NCBI GenBank assembly: GCA_039024555.1
Contig: JBCCQQ010000033.1
Span: 1 to 64,000 of the forward strand
Origin: Cyanobacteria bacterium P01_D01_bin.156
Lineage (GTDB): Bacteria; Cyanobacteriota; Cyanobacteriia; Phormidesmidales; Phormidesmidaceae
DNA length: 64,000 nt
Direction of reading: 5' to 3'
Under the pieces are notes generated by a model, which searched no databases, was not told the DNA's origin, and saw only the letters and a list, made by a program, of their open reading frames with translations. The stretch's first letter is position 1. Each line of letters begins with the position of its first letter. This document shows positions 46,715 through 57,019 of this stretch, one piece after another. The position numbers and the translations under genes are program-made.

Positions 46715-48658
46715 TCAACCTGGTGTAGACATATCGTGAAGAGCAAGAACGTTCTGTTGGACATAGATTTTGAACTTTTCCACATTGGTAAAAGTTCGAA
46801 ATCCAGCATTTTGAATCATGGTTTCAGTGCTGGAAGTTTCGTTTAACAGGATTGCGACGGGTTGACTGTAACCTGGTTGCAGACCTCTAGGCCAAGCCAA
46901 ATCTAAAATTGCCAGAATGTCATTGGTGTCAGACGTTAGGTTATGGGCCAAATCACCGGAAGGTAGTTGCTGTTCCACAACCCATTGGTTGCAATCGTGC
47001 AAAATTTTTTCTTCGCTGTCGTCTGTCATGCTGCCAGGAACAGAACCTCGTTCTAGCAAGGAGTTGAGTGTATGAGGTTCAGGAACAGCACCAGCATAAA
47101 GACTGTCTAGAAACTCATTTGTTGCCTGGGCTAGTAACTGTTGGCGAGCAGCGAGAAAGTTTTGATAGTTTTCGTATCTCCACAACTCTGGATCGGTGGG
47201 AATCCAATGTGAGGCGATGCTACCAGGGTGCTGTGCTTCATAGTGGGCAAAGTATTCTTGAGGATCTCTATTGGAGACTTGCAGGTTGGTTTCTTTTGTC
47301 AGGAAGGTAAAGTTGGCAATGGCATTTACCTCAGATTTGCTGTAGCCGTGAGCATATAGTTTCGATTTTGGAAAGATGTGGTGCACTTCTAAGCAAGCTA
47401 GTTTACCCAGTAGGTGTTGAGAAAGATTGATATCATCTGCCCAGTCGCGGGCACCGTGGACACGGGTAAGCATGTACAACATGGGATAAAAGCGGTTGCC
47501 TTTAGTAGAACCACCAAAATCGTTAGGAGTGATGCGTAGGTTTCCACGATTTTGACGTAGTAATTCGATTAGCTTAGTCAGGCTACCTGCCGAGCTATCA
47601 ATAGCGGCCAAGTCCTGCCTCAGAACAGACTCTACAGATCCGGAATAGCGACCCCAAAGTAAAGTGTGAACATACCAGTAAAGAATTTGGTCTCGTTCTT
47701 GATGGTTTAAGTGGCCGCCGCGCTGATCTAGATAACGCGCCATAATGGGCATAGCATAAACGCCTCCTAGCACTCGGTTATGGTCTAGACCAAGACGTGA
47801 GGCAATAATATTGAGCACCGTATCAATTGACCGTTCGGTGTCACAGAGCCCTTTCTTGAACCGGTCGGTTGAGACATCTTTGAGAGCAGAGAAAAGGGCA
47901 TCATTGGCAGTGACAGTGGTAATGCAGCGTAGTAGCCAGTCAATCTTAAAGTTGAACCCCGCTTGCTCCCATTTATTTAGTCGGCTCTTAAGTTCTTCAC
48001 GGGCTTCGGGCCAAGGGGCACAGATTCGGGCAAGGGCTAGATCTCCTTTTGATAGTTTTGTACCCCCACTATTGACGTTGTTAAAAATATCCACAACCTC
48101 ATCAATAGTTTTGTCAGGTCCAGTGACTTCCTCAATATGAAAATCCCGCTTTTTGACGTTTTCAATGGTGCTTAGGCGATTGATATAGTCGTTTAGCCGT
48201 GCAGTGTTGCTAATAAAAGGCTGTAGGAATGAGCCTACTCCATCAATCATGAGCTTAGTAACGTTAATCCAGAGGGGATTGCCATCCATGCGAGTGGGCA
48301 TGTAAAAGGCAAAATTTTCATTCTCTAGATGAAAGTAAAGACCATTAAAAGTATTAGTGTTGCCATCAAAGAACTTGGGTGCTTTGCCTCGAATAATGCC
48401 GTAGAGAGACGTAATGCGCTGCTGGCCATCTAGCAAAAGCTTAACTGTACCCGCAGACATGTTTCCAGAGCCTCTGGCGTGGTCAGTAACATGTTCTGTT
48501 TGGGTTTCCCACACAAGCAGGCTACCAACTGGATGACTACGGTAGAGGGAAGTCATAAGTTTACGTACCTGGTCCCGATTCCACACATAACCACGCTGAA
48601 ATTCAGGAAGGGCAATACTGCCCATGTCAATTTGGTCAAGGATAGTAGTGAGGAGCAT
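46715..48658 (-). CDS. GmrSD-type restriction endonuclease (DUF262 + DUF1524/HNH)
   Basis: PEFQRGYVW, LLDGQQR, IFNNVNSGG (DUF262); EVHHIFPK, IANFTFL (DUF1524); start placed at MLLTTILDQID. Confidence 0.85.
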   Translation of the reverse strand: MLLTTILDQIDMGSIALPEFQRGYVWNRDQVRKLMTSLYRSHPVGSLLVWETQTEHVTDHARGSGNMSAGTVKLLLDGQQRITSLYGIIRGKAPKFFDGNTNTFNGLYFHLENENFAFYMPTRMDGNPLWINVTKLMIDGVGSFLQPFISNTARLNDYINRLSTIENVKKRDFHIEEVTGPDKTIDEVVDIFNNVNSGGTKLSKGDLALARICAPWPEAREELKSRLNKWEQAGFNFKIDWLLRCITTVTANDALFSALKDVSTDRFKKGLCDTERSIDTVLNIIASRLGLDHNRVLGGVYAMPIMARYLDQRGGHLNHQERDQILYWYVHTLLWGRYSGSVESVLRQDLAAIDSSAGSLTKLIELLRQNRGNLRITPNDFGGSTKGNRFYPMLYMLTRVHGARDWADDINLSQHLLGKLACLEVHHIFPKSKLYAHGYSKSEVNAIANFTFLTKETNLQVSNRDPQEYFAHYEAQHPGSIASHWIPTDPELWRYENYQNFLAARQQLLAQATNEFLDSLYAGAVPEPHTLNSLLERGSVPGSMTDDSEEKILHDCNQWVVEQQLPSGDLAHNLTSDTNDILAILDLAWPRGLQPGYSQPVAILLNETSSTETMIQNAGFRTFTNVEKFKIYVQQNVLALHDMSTPG

Positions 48659-48960
48659 CGACGATGATAGAAGAACAAAAAGATTGAAGGGAAATCCTTG
48701 TCCCCTGATGCCAAATAAAGTGCCCACAAGGCTCAATATCGCCACAATCTGAATAGTCCGATCTAGAAGCACCTGGGAAAGTGTTTCACTGATTACGCTA
48801 ATAAGTTGCTGAGATATCTACCCTCGAATAGAGGCACGTTTGTGACTTTTCAGATATTCAACCAATTGCTTCTGGGCCAAGAGTGCGATACAAATCTTAC
48901 GAATACATAAAATATTCAGGCACTGAAAATTAATTCACCTGGAAGAGGAGTAGCCCTTTA

Positions 48961-50133
48961 ATGGCAGGGATTTTAGGCACGCTAGCAATTGTTCTGATAT
49001 TGCTGGTCTTTGTGGTTTGGTTTGTAATCGAACGGCAATTTCAAGGGCGTCCCGGCAATCGGTTGGACCTAGAGTCTGGAAAATGGACCATTACCACCCG
49101 TGAACCCCAGCACTATGTCATTGAAGGTGAGCCTTCTCTGGTGAACCTTACCCGCACCTTGGAAATTATGGTGCCGGAAATTTCAGTCGAGGCTCAGCTA
49201 CTTTCAGGCGCTAGCGTAGAAGGAATTACGGTGACCACATCCTTGGTCTCAGACCATGAGGATGCCCCAGCCCGACCTGACAATTACTGGTTTGCTTACA
49301 TTGTTAAAACAGCGAAATCCACTGGCCTGAAAGTAAACGTGGATATTCAAGGGCCTGACCTGTCTCGCCTCAAAGCCGTATGGGTCAAGATTCACTACCT
49401 TACCTACGGTCCGGAAGGTCGAATTCCTAAAATAGGCAATGTGGTGGTGCCTCTGAAATATCCTGACCCCGATGCACCGCAAAATTGGAAATCCACATCT
49501 AGGGCAGAAGTACTGCCGATTCCCACACATCTGTTGGGTCCCCTCGATAGCCCTATCGAGACAGTTAAGCGCTATGTGGAGCCTTACGCCAAGCCGGGAG
49601 ATATTGTCACTATTGGTGAAACCCCCGTAGCCATTATGCAAGGGCGCTGGCGGCATCCGAGCAGTGTAAAACCTGGGTGGGTGGCCAAGCGGATTTGTTA
49701 TTTCTTTATGCCCACGTCCAGTTTGGCGACAGCCTGTGGTATGCAAACTCTGGTTGATTTGGTGGGACCAGTGCGAGTGGTTTATGCCTTTGTGGTGGGT
49801 GCGATCGCAAAGAAATTTTTGGGTAAAGCAGGGATGTTCTACGTGCTTGCAGGAGAACAGGCCAGACTCATTGATGATGTAACCGGCACTTTGCCTCCCT
49901 ACGATCAGTTCATTGTGCTGGGGCCAGAAAATCCTGACCGGATTGTGCAAGAAATTTACGAGGCCACAGGCCTAAAAGCCGCCATCGTCGATGTCAATGA
50001 TTTGAAAGCAGTTAAGATATTGGCAGCTACACCAGGCACTGACGTAGACTTGGTAGCAAGTGCCTTGCTCGATAATCCGGCTGGTAATGCTGATGAGCAG
50101 ACACCAGTGGTACTAATCCATCCAAAATCCTAG
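48961..50133 (+). CDS. F420-0:gamma-glutamyl ligase (CofE)-like protein with an N-terminal membrane anchor
   Basis: IGETPVAIMQGR, IDDVTGTLPPYD, IVDVNDL, NPAGNADEQTP. Confidence 0.75.
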   Translation: MAGILGTLAIVLILLVFVVWFVIERQFQGRPGNRLDLESGKWTITTREPQHYVIEGEPSLVNLTRTLEIMVPEISVEAQLLSGASVEGITVTTSLVSDHEDAPARPDNYWFAYIVKTAKSTGLKVNVDIQGPDLSRLKAVWVKIHYLTYGPEGRIPKIGNVVVPLKYPDPDAPQNWKSTSRAEVLPIPTHLLGPLDSPIETVKRYVEPYAKPGDIVTIGETPVAIMQGRWRHPSSVKPGWVAKRICYFFMPTSSLATACGMQTLVDLVGPVRVVYAFVVGAIAKKFLGKAGMFYVLAGEQARLIDDVTGTLPPYDQFIVLGPENPDRIVQEIYEATGLKAAIVDVNDLKAVKILAATPGTDVDLVASALLDNPAGNADEQTPVVLIHPKS

Positions 50134-50155
50134 GGATTTTACACCTTTTGCCCCT

Positions 50156-51328
50156 ATGACATTCGCTACTTCACCCGACCCCATTGTGGTGCGCCCCGTC
50201 CATTTTCGTGATTCCGAAAAGCTGATGCCGGATGGATGCGCAGAAGTTGTGAATTGTGGTGACTTCACCCATCAGCAATCTTGGCCAGATAGAATTGGCC
50301 GACTCAGTCAGTGGCAGCAGTTATCTCGACTGATTAATCCTCTCCAGTCCAAAGTAAATACATTTGCGGCTGAGTGTAAGCACGCAACCCACGGTGTAAT
50401 TCAGGTTTCTCCTTTCAACTCTACTCGGAGCACCTGGCGCATTGACCGGGTAACGGTGAAAGCGGCTGCACAGCAGGGGCTAACTCTGGATTTAGATATG
50501 GCGAGTTTGCTGCTACGCCATTGCTTCGAGACGATCGTAGAAGCTCACACGTGGATCAGTGAAACAAATATCAACGATACATTTGGGTTAGCGCTGTATC
50601 GCCAGAATGGGTTTCAACCACTGGCTTATGTGACCTACTGGTCTGTCGATGGGGAAACAATTGCTGACTTGGCAGAGCATGAGCCGGATCTGCCTAACCT
50701 GTTACCGGTGAGTAATGCTGATGCCCAGCTGATTTATCATCTGGAAACGGCGTCTATGCCACCTCAGCTGAGACAGGTATTTGATCATCAAATTCAAGAT
50801 TTTCGCACCCGATCCATTGCCGGGTTAAGAACGCAGCTCCGTCGTTGGCTAGGTCAGTCAGAAGCGGTATCTGCCTATGTGTTTGAACCCCAGCGTAAGG
50901 CCGCCATTGGTTACTTTAACTTGCGTCTCTCTAAGACGGCGAATCAGCCCAACCGTGCCAAGCTAACGGTGCATCCCGCTTACACCTGGCTCTATCCAGA
51001 GCTGATGACTCAGATGGCCCAGGTACTACAAGGCGCTGCTAGCTCCACGTTGCAGCTAGCTTCCCTGGACTATCAGCCAGAACGGGAAAGCTACCTCAAA
51101 GAAATTGGAGCGACTGAAGTAAAACATACTGTAATGATGTCTCGCTCTGTCTGGCATAAGGTGCGAGAGTCTAAGGCGGTATCCATTGAAGGATTGCAGG
51201 ATGTACTGCAGGGTCTACAACCATCCGGTAAAGCCATTCCTAGTCGTTTTTGGTGGGATGCCGCTAACCCCGGTCTGCGTTCCCCTGTTCAACAACAGGA
51301 TGATTCCTCCAGCGGTACAGCGAGGTAG
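50156..51328 (+). CDS. GNAT family N-acetyltransferase
   Basis: LYRQNGFQ motif; SPFN..RSTW; LTVHPAYTWLYPEL. Confidence 0.75.
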   Translation: MTFATSPDPIVVRPVHFRDSEKLMPDGCAEVVNCGDFTHQQSWPDRIGRLSQWQQLSRLINPLQSKVNTFAAECKHATHGVIQVSPFNSTRSTWRIDRVTVKAAAQQGLTLDLDMASLLLRHCFETIVEAHTWISETNINDTFGLALYRQNGFQPLAYVTYWSVDGETIADLAEHEPDLPNLLPVSNADAQLIYHLETASMPPQLRQVFDHQIQDFRTRSIAGLRTQLRRWLGQSEAVSAYVFEPQRKAAIGYFNLRLSKTANQPNRAKLTVHPAYTWLYPELMTQMAQVLQGAASSTLQLASLDYQPERESYLKEIGATEVKHTVMMSRSVWHKVRESKAVSIEGLQDVLQGLQPSGKAIPSRFWWDAANPGLRSPVQQQDDSSSGTAR

Positions 51329-51333
51329 GACGG

Positions 51334-51780
51334 TTGGCAATAGTTTCTGCGCTGGGTCTAGATATCGGTAGTAAGCGCATTGGCGTGGCTGGGTGCGATC
51401 GCATGGGGCTAATGGCCACAGGCTTAACCACCATCGAAAATAAGTCTTTTGCTTATGTCATTGAACAACTCACACAAGTGATTCGGCAGCGAGAAATTAC
51501 GTTGCTGGTGGTGGGACTGCCTTACACCCTTAACGGTGAATTAGGCACTCAGGCCCGTCGAGTGAAAAAGTTTACCCGACGTTTAGCGGAGACCCTAGGT
51601 TTGCCGGTCACCTATGTCGATGAACGGTTGACTTCAGTAGAAGCTGAACAACAACTAAAGACTGAACGTCGTCTGACCCCCAAAGATAAGGGGCTCATTG
51701 ACCGCCGAGCGGCTGCTATTATTTTGCAACAGTGGCTAGACAGTTCTCGTACCGCTCGCAATAACGAATGCCCAACTTGA
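51334..51780 (+). CDS. ruvX: Holliday junction resolvase RuvX / pre-16S rRNA nuclease YqgF
   Basis: LGLDIGSKRIGVA, VVGLP, VDERLTS, AAAIILQ. Confidence 0.93.
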   Translation: MAIVSALGLDIGSKRIGVAGCDRMGLMATGLTTIENKSFAYVIEQLTQVIRQREITLLVVGLPYTLNGELGTQARRVKKFTRRLAETLGLPVTYVDERLTSVEAEQQLKTERRLTPKDKGLIDRRAAAIILQQWLDSSRTARNNECPT

Positions 51781-52343
51781 ATCACAACTCTGACCAGTCT
51801 TCCGATTTTTTGCAGGGGCAGCAGCCTATTGTCACCCTTGCAGATGAAGACGGTAATACCTTGGCATGCTACGTCGAAAAATCTATTACTCTGGGCGATT
51901 TGGGACAAGAATACTTGTTACTGCTACCGGTAGATGACCCTATTGAAATCTTTGCTTGGCAAGCAGATGACACCTTGGCAGACATTGAAGATGAGGAGAT
52001 TGATGTCCTATTACCCAGTGCTCGTGCGGTATTAGCTGAATTAGATCTGACTCTGCAACGCAGTGCCTACACCCTGACGGCGGCGGGAGCTCTTCCAGAT
52101 GAGGAGGACGATAGCTGTTTTGCCCTAGAGATAGATGACGATGGAGCCACAGATAATTTTCAAATGTTGGCACAGTTTTATCATGACGAGCAGCGCTATG
52201 TGGCCTGTACCCCTCTAGAACCATTATTGTTTTTTGCCTATCGACAGCTCGATTCCGAGACTGTTACATTACTGTCTCCTGAAGAATTTCAGCAGCTTCA
52301 GCCCCAAATTGAAGATCGGTTATTTGAGGGGTTAGACGATTAG
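51768..52343 (+). CDS. DUF3727/DUF1292 domain acidic protein
   Basis: YLLLLPVD, ARAVLAEL.LTL..SA.TLT; lies between ruvX and mltG. Confidence 0.75.
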   Translation: MPNLNHNSDQSSDFLQGQQPIVTLADEDGNTLACYVEKSITLGDLGQEYLLLLPVDDPIEIFAWQADDTLADIEDEEIDVLLPSARAVLAELDLTLQRSAYTLTAAGALPDEEDDSCFALEIDDDGATDNFQMLAQFYHDEQRYVACTPLEPLLFFAYRQLDSETVTLLSPEEFQQLQPQIEDRLFEGLDD

Positions 52344-52443
52344 TACATAGCAAGTGTATCTACCGGCTATGATCATGCCAGGGATGCAATCTAAAGTTAA
52401 ATGTGCTGTCTAAATATCAGCGCACTATCTGTAGAAGAAGATT

Positions 52444-53502
52444 ATGGGTTGTCTAAAGCGAGCTTTTTACGTTGGCATTTTTCCTGTTGCTTTAGGGATA
52501 GCAGCTTGGCAAGGATGGTCTTGGTGGAGTTGGGCTAAAAGCCCTGTCGCTGTAACAGAGCTAGATCAGCCAATACAGATTCAAATCCCAGAGGGTACGC
52601 CAGCTCAACAAATTGGTCAGGATCTTGAAGCTGCAGGTCTAATTCGTTCGGCGACTGCCTGGAAAGTATGGCATCGCCTCCAAGGCTTTAAAAAGCGTGA
52701 AGGAGGTCTGCAGGCAGGTACCTATGCGCTATCTCCAACCCAATCGCTTTCTGACATTGCCGATCAGATCTGGAATGGCGAGGTCACTCAAACTAGCTTT
52801 ACGATTCCTGAAGGTTGGAATCGGTCCCAGATGGCGGCTGCTTTAGAGTCGCAAGGATTGGTCAACGCCAATGATTTCCTACGTTCTACCGAAGAGATTC
52901 CCTATGCCGAGTTTCCTTGGTTGCCCCAAGGACTGCCCCACCTAGAAGGGTTTCTCTATCCGGATACCTATCAGTTGCCCACAGAGCAGGTGGATGTCGA
53001 TGGCATTGTTGATATTATGCTGCTGCGGTTTGAACAGGTAGCACTGCCGGTGTATCAGCAAACGACAACGGCTTATTCATTACTGGAGTGGGTAAACCTA
53101 GCCAGCATTGTCGAAAAAGAAGCCGTGGTGCCAGAAGAGCGGGATACGATTGCAGGCGTATTCGCTCGGCGTTTACGAGAGGGAATTAGCTTAGGCTCTG
53201 ATCCAACCGTTGAGTATGGTCTGGGTATTACCCAAACGCCGGAAAATCCCTTGACCCTTGCGCAAGTTAGAACTCCAAACCCTTACAACACTTACCGTAA
53301 TTTAGGTCTTCCCCCGACTCCTATTGCCAGTCCTGGCATTGCTAGTTTAGAAGCTTCTCTAAATCCACCGGATACAGAATTTCTATACTTTGTCGCTCGT
53401 TACGACGGCACCCATGTGTTTAGTCGTTCACTGGCAGAACATGAGCGCGCCCAGGGAGAAATTCGCGATCGCGTGGATGCCGTACAGGGAGACGATCTGT
53501 AG
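52444..53502 (+). CDS. mltG: endolytic transglycosylase MltG
   Basis: TIPEG, LEGFLYPDTY, ASIVEKE, PYNTY..GLPPTPIASPG, LYFVA. Confidence 0.95.
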   Translation: MGCLKRAFYVGIFPVALGIAAWQGWSWWSWAKSPVAVTELDQPIQIQIPEGTPAQQIGQDLEAAGLIRSATAWKVWHRLQGFKKREGGLQAGTYALSPTQSLSDIADQIWNGEVTQTSFTIPEGWNRSQMAAALESQGLVNANDFLRSTEEIPYAEFPWLPQGLPHLEGFLYPDTYQLPTEQVDVDGIVDIMLLRFEQVALPVYQQTTTAYSLLEWVNLASIVEKEAVVPEERDTIAGVFARRLREGISLGSDPTVEYGLGITQTPENPLTLAQVRTPNPYNTYRNLGLPPTPIASPGIASLEASLNPPDTEFLYFVARYDGTHVFSRSLAEHERAQGEIRDRVDAVQGDDL

Positions 53503-53548
53503 CCCAACTTCCCTGCTGCCAGGTGGACCATAACTATCCTTTTTACCT

Positions 53549-54091
53549 ATGACCGTTTGGGGCCAACTTCTACAACCTGATCTTGCCCTGGGAGGTTCAA
53601 TCCTAGATTTGACTCCCGATATCATTTCCCGACACCAGCTCAAGGGACTCATTCTTGATGTGGATGAAACCTTAGTGTCCTTCAAACAGAGCCAACCTGG
53701 GTCGGACGTGCAACAGTGGCTAAAACAGATGCAATCCCTGTTAATTCCAGTGGTACTTGTGAGCAATAACATGAGCCACAGTCGCATTAGCCGCATTGCC
53801 GAAGACCTGGGAGTGGAATCCTTTTACATCGCCGCTGGCAAACCTTCTCGGCGGAAGCTGCGTGAAGCCGTCGCTCTGATGCAGCTGCCTCACAATCAAA
53901 TTGCTATGGTTGGTGACCGTCTGTTTACGGATGTGCTGGGTGGCAATCGCCTAGGACTGTTTACGGTGTTAGTGGAGCCTATGGTGGATTCACTTTCTCC
54001 TGTGGCGGTCAATTCTCCTAAGCAGTGTCTGCGTAATGCTGAGATTTGGATATCCCAACGGTTAGGTGTAGTGCTAAGTCGAGAACGGTAG
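53549..54091 (+). CDS. YqeG family HAD IIIA phosphatase
   Basis: LDVDETL, VSNN, KP, VGDRLFTDV. Confidence 0.92.
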   Translation: MTVWGQLLQPDLALGGSILDLTPDIISRHQLKGLILDVDETLVSFKQSQPGSDVQQWLKQMQSLLIPVVLVSNNMSHSRISRIAEDLGVESFYIAAGKPSRRKLREAVALMQLPHNQIAMVGDRLFTDVLGGNRLGLFTVLVEPMVDSLSPVAVNSPKQCLRNAEIWISQRLGVVLSRER

Positions 54092-54202
54092 AAATCTAAA
54101 GAAAATCTTAGGCACCCGCTGCTGCCATGGTTTTGATTGAGAGGATAAGGGCAATAAATAGAATCATTGCAGTATAAAGATTCAGACTTAGTAAACGCAC
54201 AT

Positions 54203-54250
54203 AAAAATAAAGACGGGGTACGGCTGCAGCCGTACCCCGTCTTTATTTTT
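54203..54250. terminator. 48-bp perfect palindrome flanked by A/T tracts
   Basis: aaaaataaagacggggtacggctg|cagccgtaccccgtctttattttt. Confidence 0.75.
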
Positions 54251-54306
54251 GAACAAAACTATGCACCAATTGGTGTGTAACGTTCATCCTTTTACTTCGC
54301 ATACCC

Positions 54307-55488
54307 GTGACTGCATCCTTATCCAGTTCAACTGCTTCAGCGAAAACCATTGTGGTCAAAATCGGCACCTCTAGCCTGACTCGGGACGGTAACCATATGG
54401 CTCTATCGGTGTTAGCTCGTTTGGTGGAAACCTTGATTGTCTTACAACATCAGGGGCATCGGGTGATTTTAGTATCCTCAGGAGCGATCGGGGTGGGGTG
54501 TGCACGTTTAGGCTTGATGGAACGACCTAAAACTATTGAGCAGAAACAGGCTGTCGCCGCTGTCGGCCAAGGCCGCTTAATGCGTATCTACGACGATTTA
54601 TTTACTGTGCTGGATCAGCCCATTGCCCAAGTATTACTTACCCGTAGTGATTTGATGGAGCGGTCGCGTTATGTGAATAGCTATCGCACGTTTCAGCAGC
54701 TGTTAAATCTGAATGTCATTCCCATCGTCAATGAGAATGACACAGTAGCCGTAGATGAACTGAAGTTTGGAGATAATGACACGCTTTCAGCACTGGTGGC
54801 AGGTTTGGTGGATGCAGACTGGCTTTTCTTGCTGACGGATGTCGATCGCCTGTATTCAGCCGATCCTCGGATTAATCCAGATGCAGAACCGATTACTTGG
54901 GTACAGCACCTGGGTGATTTAAATATTGATGTGGGAGATCGTGGCTCAGCGTGGGGGACTGGGGGCATGATCACTAAACTAGAGGCGGCTCGTATTGCCA
55001 CTAGTTCAGGAATTCGAATGGCCATTACGAATGGTCAGTCCCCCGAAAATATACTCAAAATTTTAGCTGGGGAACCCTTGGGTACTCAATTTGCGCCCCA
55101 ACCCAGGCCTAATAATGCGCGCAAACGCTGGATTGCTAATGGTCTTCCGCCCAATGGGTGGTTGTATTTAGATCCTGGTGCAGTACACGCTATTAGCCAG
55201 GATGGTAAATCTCTCTTATCTGCTGGGATTATTGACATTAGGGGAGAATTTCAATCTCAAGATGCAGTAGTCTTGTGCGATCGCAACGGTCAAGAAATTG
55301 CTCGTGGGTTAGTGAACTATAGTTACCATGAACTTAAGCAGATTCGTGGACGACATTCTAATGAAATTTCGATGATCCTGGGTTACGACGGTGCGGATAC
55401 CGTTGTGCATCGAGATAACTTGGTGCTAAATCCTGACATTGCTAGTTTGTCTATGAAACCTCCAAAAGACGATCAACCATCTCGCTAA
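54307..55488 (+). CDS. proB: glutamate 5-kinase
   Basis: [31 protein letters not shown]-terminal PUA domain. Confidence 0.97.
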   Translation: MTASLSSSTASAKTIVVKIGTSSLTRDGNHMALSVLARLVETLIVLQHQGHRVILVSSGAIGVGCARLGLMERPKTIEQKQAVAAVGQGRLMRIYDDLFTVLDQPIAQVLLTRSDLMERSRYVNSYRTFQQLLNLNVIPIVNENDTVAVDELKFGDNDTLSALVAGLVDADWLFLLTDVDRLYSADPRINPDAEPITWVQHLGDLNIDVGDRGSAWGTGGMITKLEAARIATSSGIRMAITNGQSPENILKILAGEPLGTQFAPQPRPNNARKRWIANGLPPNGWLYLDPGAVHAISQDGKSLLSAGIIDIRGEFQSQDAVVLCDRNGQEIARGLVNYSYHELKQIRGRHSNEISMILGYDGADTVVHRDNLVLNPDIASLSMKPPKDDQPSR

Positions 55489-55607
55489 ACCCAACTTAAC
55501 CTCTTAAAAATTCAGGGATTTCTTAAACGGCCCCCCTAGGTCCTAACTTGCCTAGGCTCTATGCCTGCCGTTATTGCTATAACGATTTATTTTTACAGAT
55601 CCTTCCT

Positions 55608-56615
55608 ATGACTAGCTCTAGTAGAACAGTTCCGTCGATTTTAGTAACCGGTGGTGCCGGCTATATTGGCTCCCATGCTGTGTTAGCTCTTGAGCAGGCC
55701 GGTTACCAAGTAGTGATTTTAGATAGTCTTGAATATGGACATCCCGATCTAGTTGAGCACCATCTCAAAGCTAAACTTGTTAAAGGCCATACATCGGATC
55801 GTGCTTTATTAAATCAGCTGTTCGCAGAGCATGACTTTGATGCGGTGATGCATTTTGCTGCTTACATTGCAGTGGGTGAATCAGTTAAGGAACCCGCCAA
55901 ATACTACGAAAACAATGTTTATGGCACCTTAAATTTGCTTCAGGCTATGGACGCCGCTGGTGTTAAACGGTTTGTCTTTTCATCCACATGTGCCATTTAT
56001 GGCCCTCCTAAAACTGTACCTATTCCGGAGGATCATCCTAAAAACCCTATTAGCCCCTATGCAAGTAGCAAGCTGATGGTGGAGATGATGCTAAAGGATT
56101 TTCAGGCTGCCTATGGACTGCAGGCAGTCTGTTTTCGCTACTTTAATGCAGCTGGCGCTGACCCTGAGGGGCGACTAGGAGAGGACCATACCCCTGAAAC
56201 TCATTTGATTCCTCTCGTGTTACAAACTGCTTTAGGTAAACGAAAGCATATTTCCATTTATGGAACCGATTACCCAACCCGTGACGGTACCTGCATTCGT
56301 GATTATATCCATGTAGCTGATTTAGCGGATGCCCATGTGAAAGGTGTGCAGTATCTAATCAACGGTGGAGAAACTGCTTTTATTAACCTGGGTAATGGCA
56401 ATGGATTTACCGTACGAGAGGTAATTGAAACAGCTCGCAAGGTGACTAGACATGCTATTCCGGCAGTGGAGTGTGAGCGACGTCCCGGTGACCCCCCTAG
56501 TTTAATCGGCAGTAGTGACCATGCCCGTGAACGTCTAGGTTGGAGTCCTCAGTACGCCGATCTTGAAACAATTATTAGCCATGCTTGGCAGTGGCACCAA
56601 CAGCGTCATGGTTAG
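55608..56615 (+). CDS. galE: UDP-glucose 4-epimerase
   Basis: TGGAGYIGSH, HFAA, FSST, YASSK, RYFN, RDYIHV; start placed at MTSSS. Confidence 0.95.
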   Translation: MTSSSRTVPSILVTGGAGYIGSHAVLALEQAGYQVVILDSLEYGHPDLVEHHLKAKLVKGHTSDRALLNQLFAEHDFDAVMHFAAYIAVGESVKEPAKYYENNVYGTLNLLQAMDAAGVKRFVFSSTCAIYGPPKTVPIPEDHPKNPISPYASSKLMVEMMLKDFQAAYGLQAVCFRYFNAAGADPEGRLGEDHTPETHLIPLVLQTALGKRKHISIYGTDYPTRDGTCIRDYIHVADLADAHVKGVQYLINGGETAFINLGNGNGFTVREVIETARKVTRHAIPAVECERRPGDPPSLIGSSDHARERLGWSPQYADLETIISHAWQWHQQRHG

Positions 56616-57019
56616 TATGTGTAACCCTATCTATCCGGAATCAATTGATACTTGAAGTACTGGTAGTAACCGCGATAGATGTCATATCTCTCAGGTGAAT
56701 CAAGATAATAAATGTCCTTAAAAATCTAATAGAACATTTCTGACTGCGGGGCAGTCACCTACATGAATTGAAGTATTCAATTCTTAAGGAAAAAAGAAAA
56801 TAACCGGATAGATTAAATTGTCTGTTTACTGAGTGTTCGAGGTTGCCCCATGTTCCTAAAGGCACATGTTTCAAGGTTTTGAACCCGTTGATGTTTTGAG
56901 GTATCCGTACATGGGCGCATGAATTGCCGGGTGGCGTGCACTAAAATGAGCAAACCATCCGTAAATCCTCGGCTTTTAGCCTTGGTTGGGAGTACTCTAA
57001 ATCAGCGGCAGATAGACGC

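Noticed and set aside
48659..48772. Hydrophobic N-terminal extension of the DUF262 ORF suggesting a membrane anchor
   Set aside because: Probably an artefact of longest-ORF calling; the family-like N-terminus begins at MLLTTILDQID.
49249..49950. 233-aa minus-strand ORF, and similar shadow ORFs such as 43682-44134 and 20262-20609
   Set aside because: They overlap well-supported genes in antisense or alternate frames and show no recognisable motifs.
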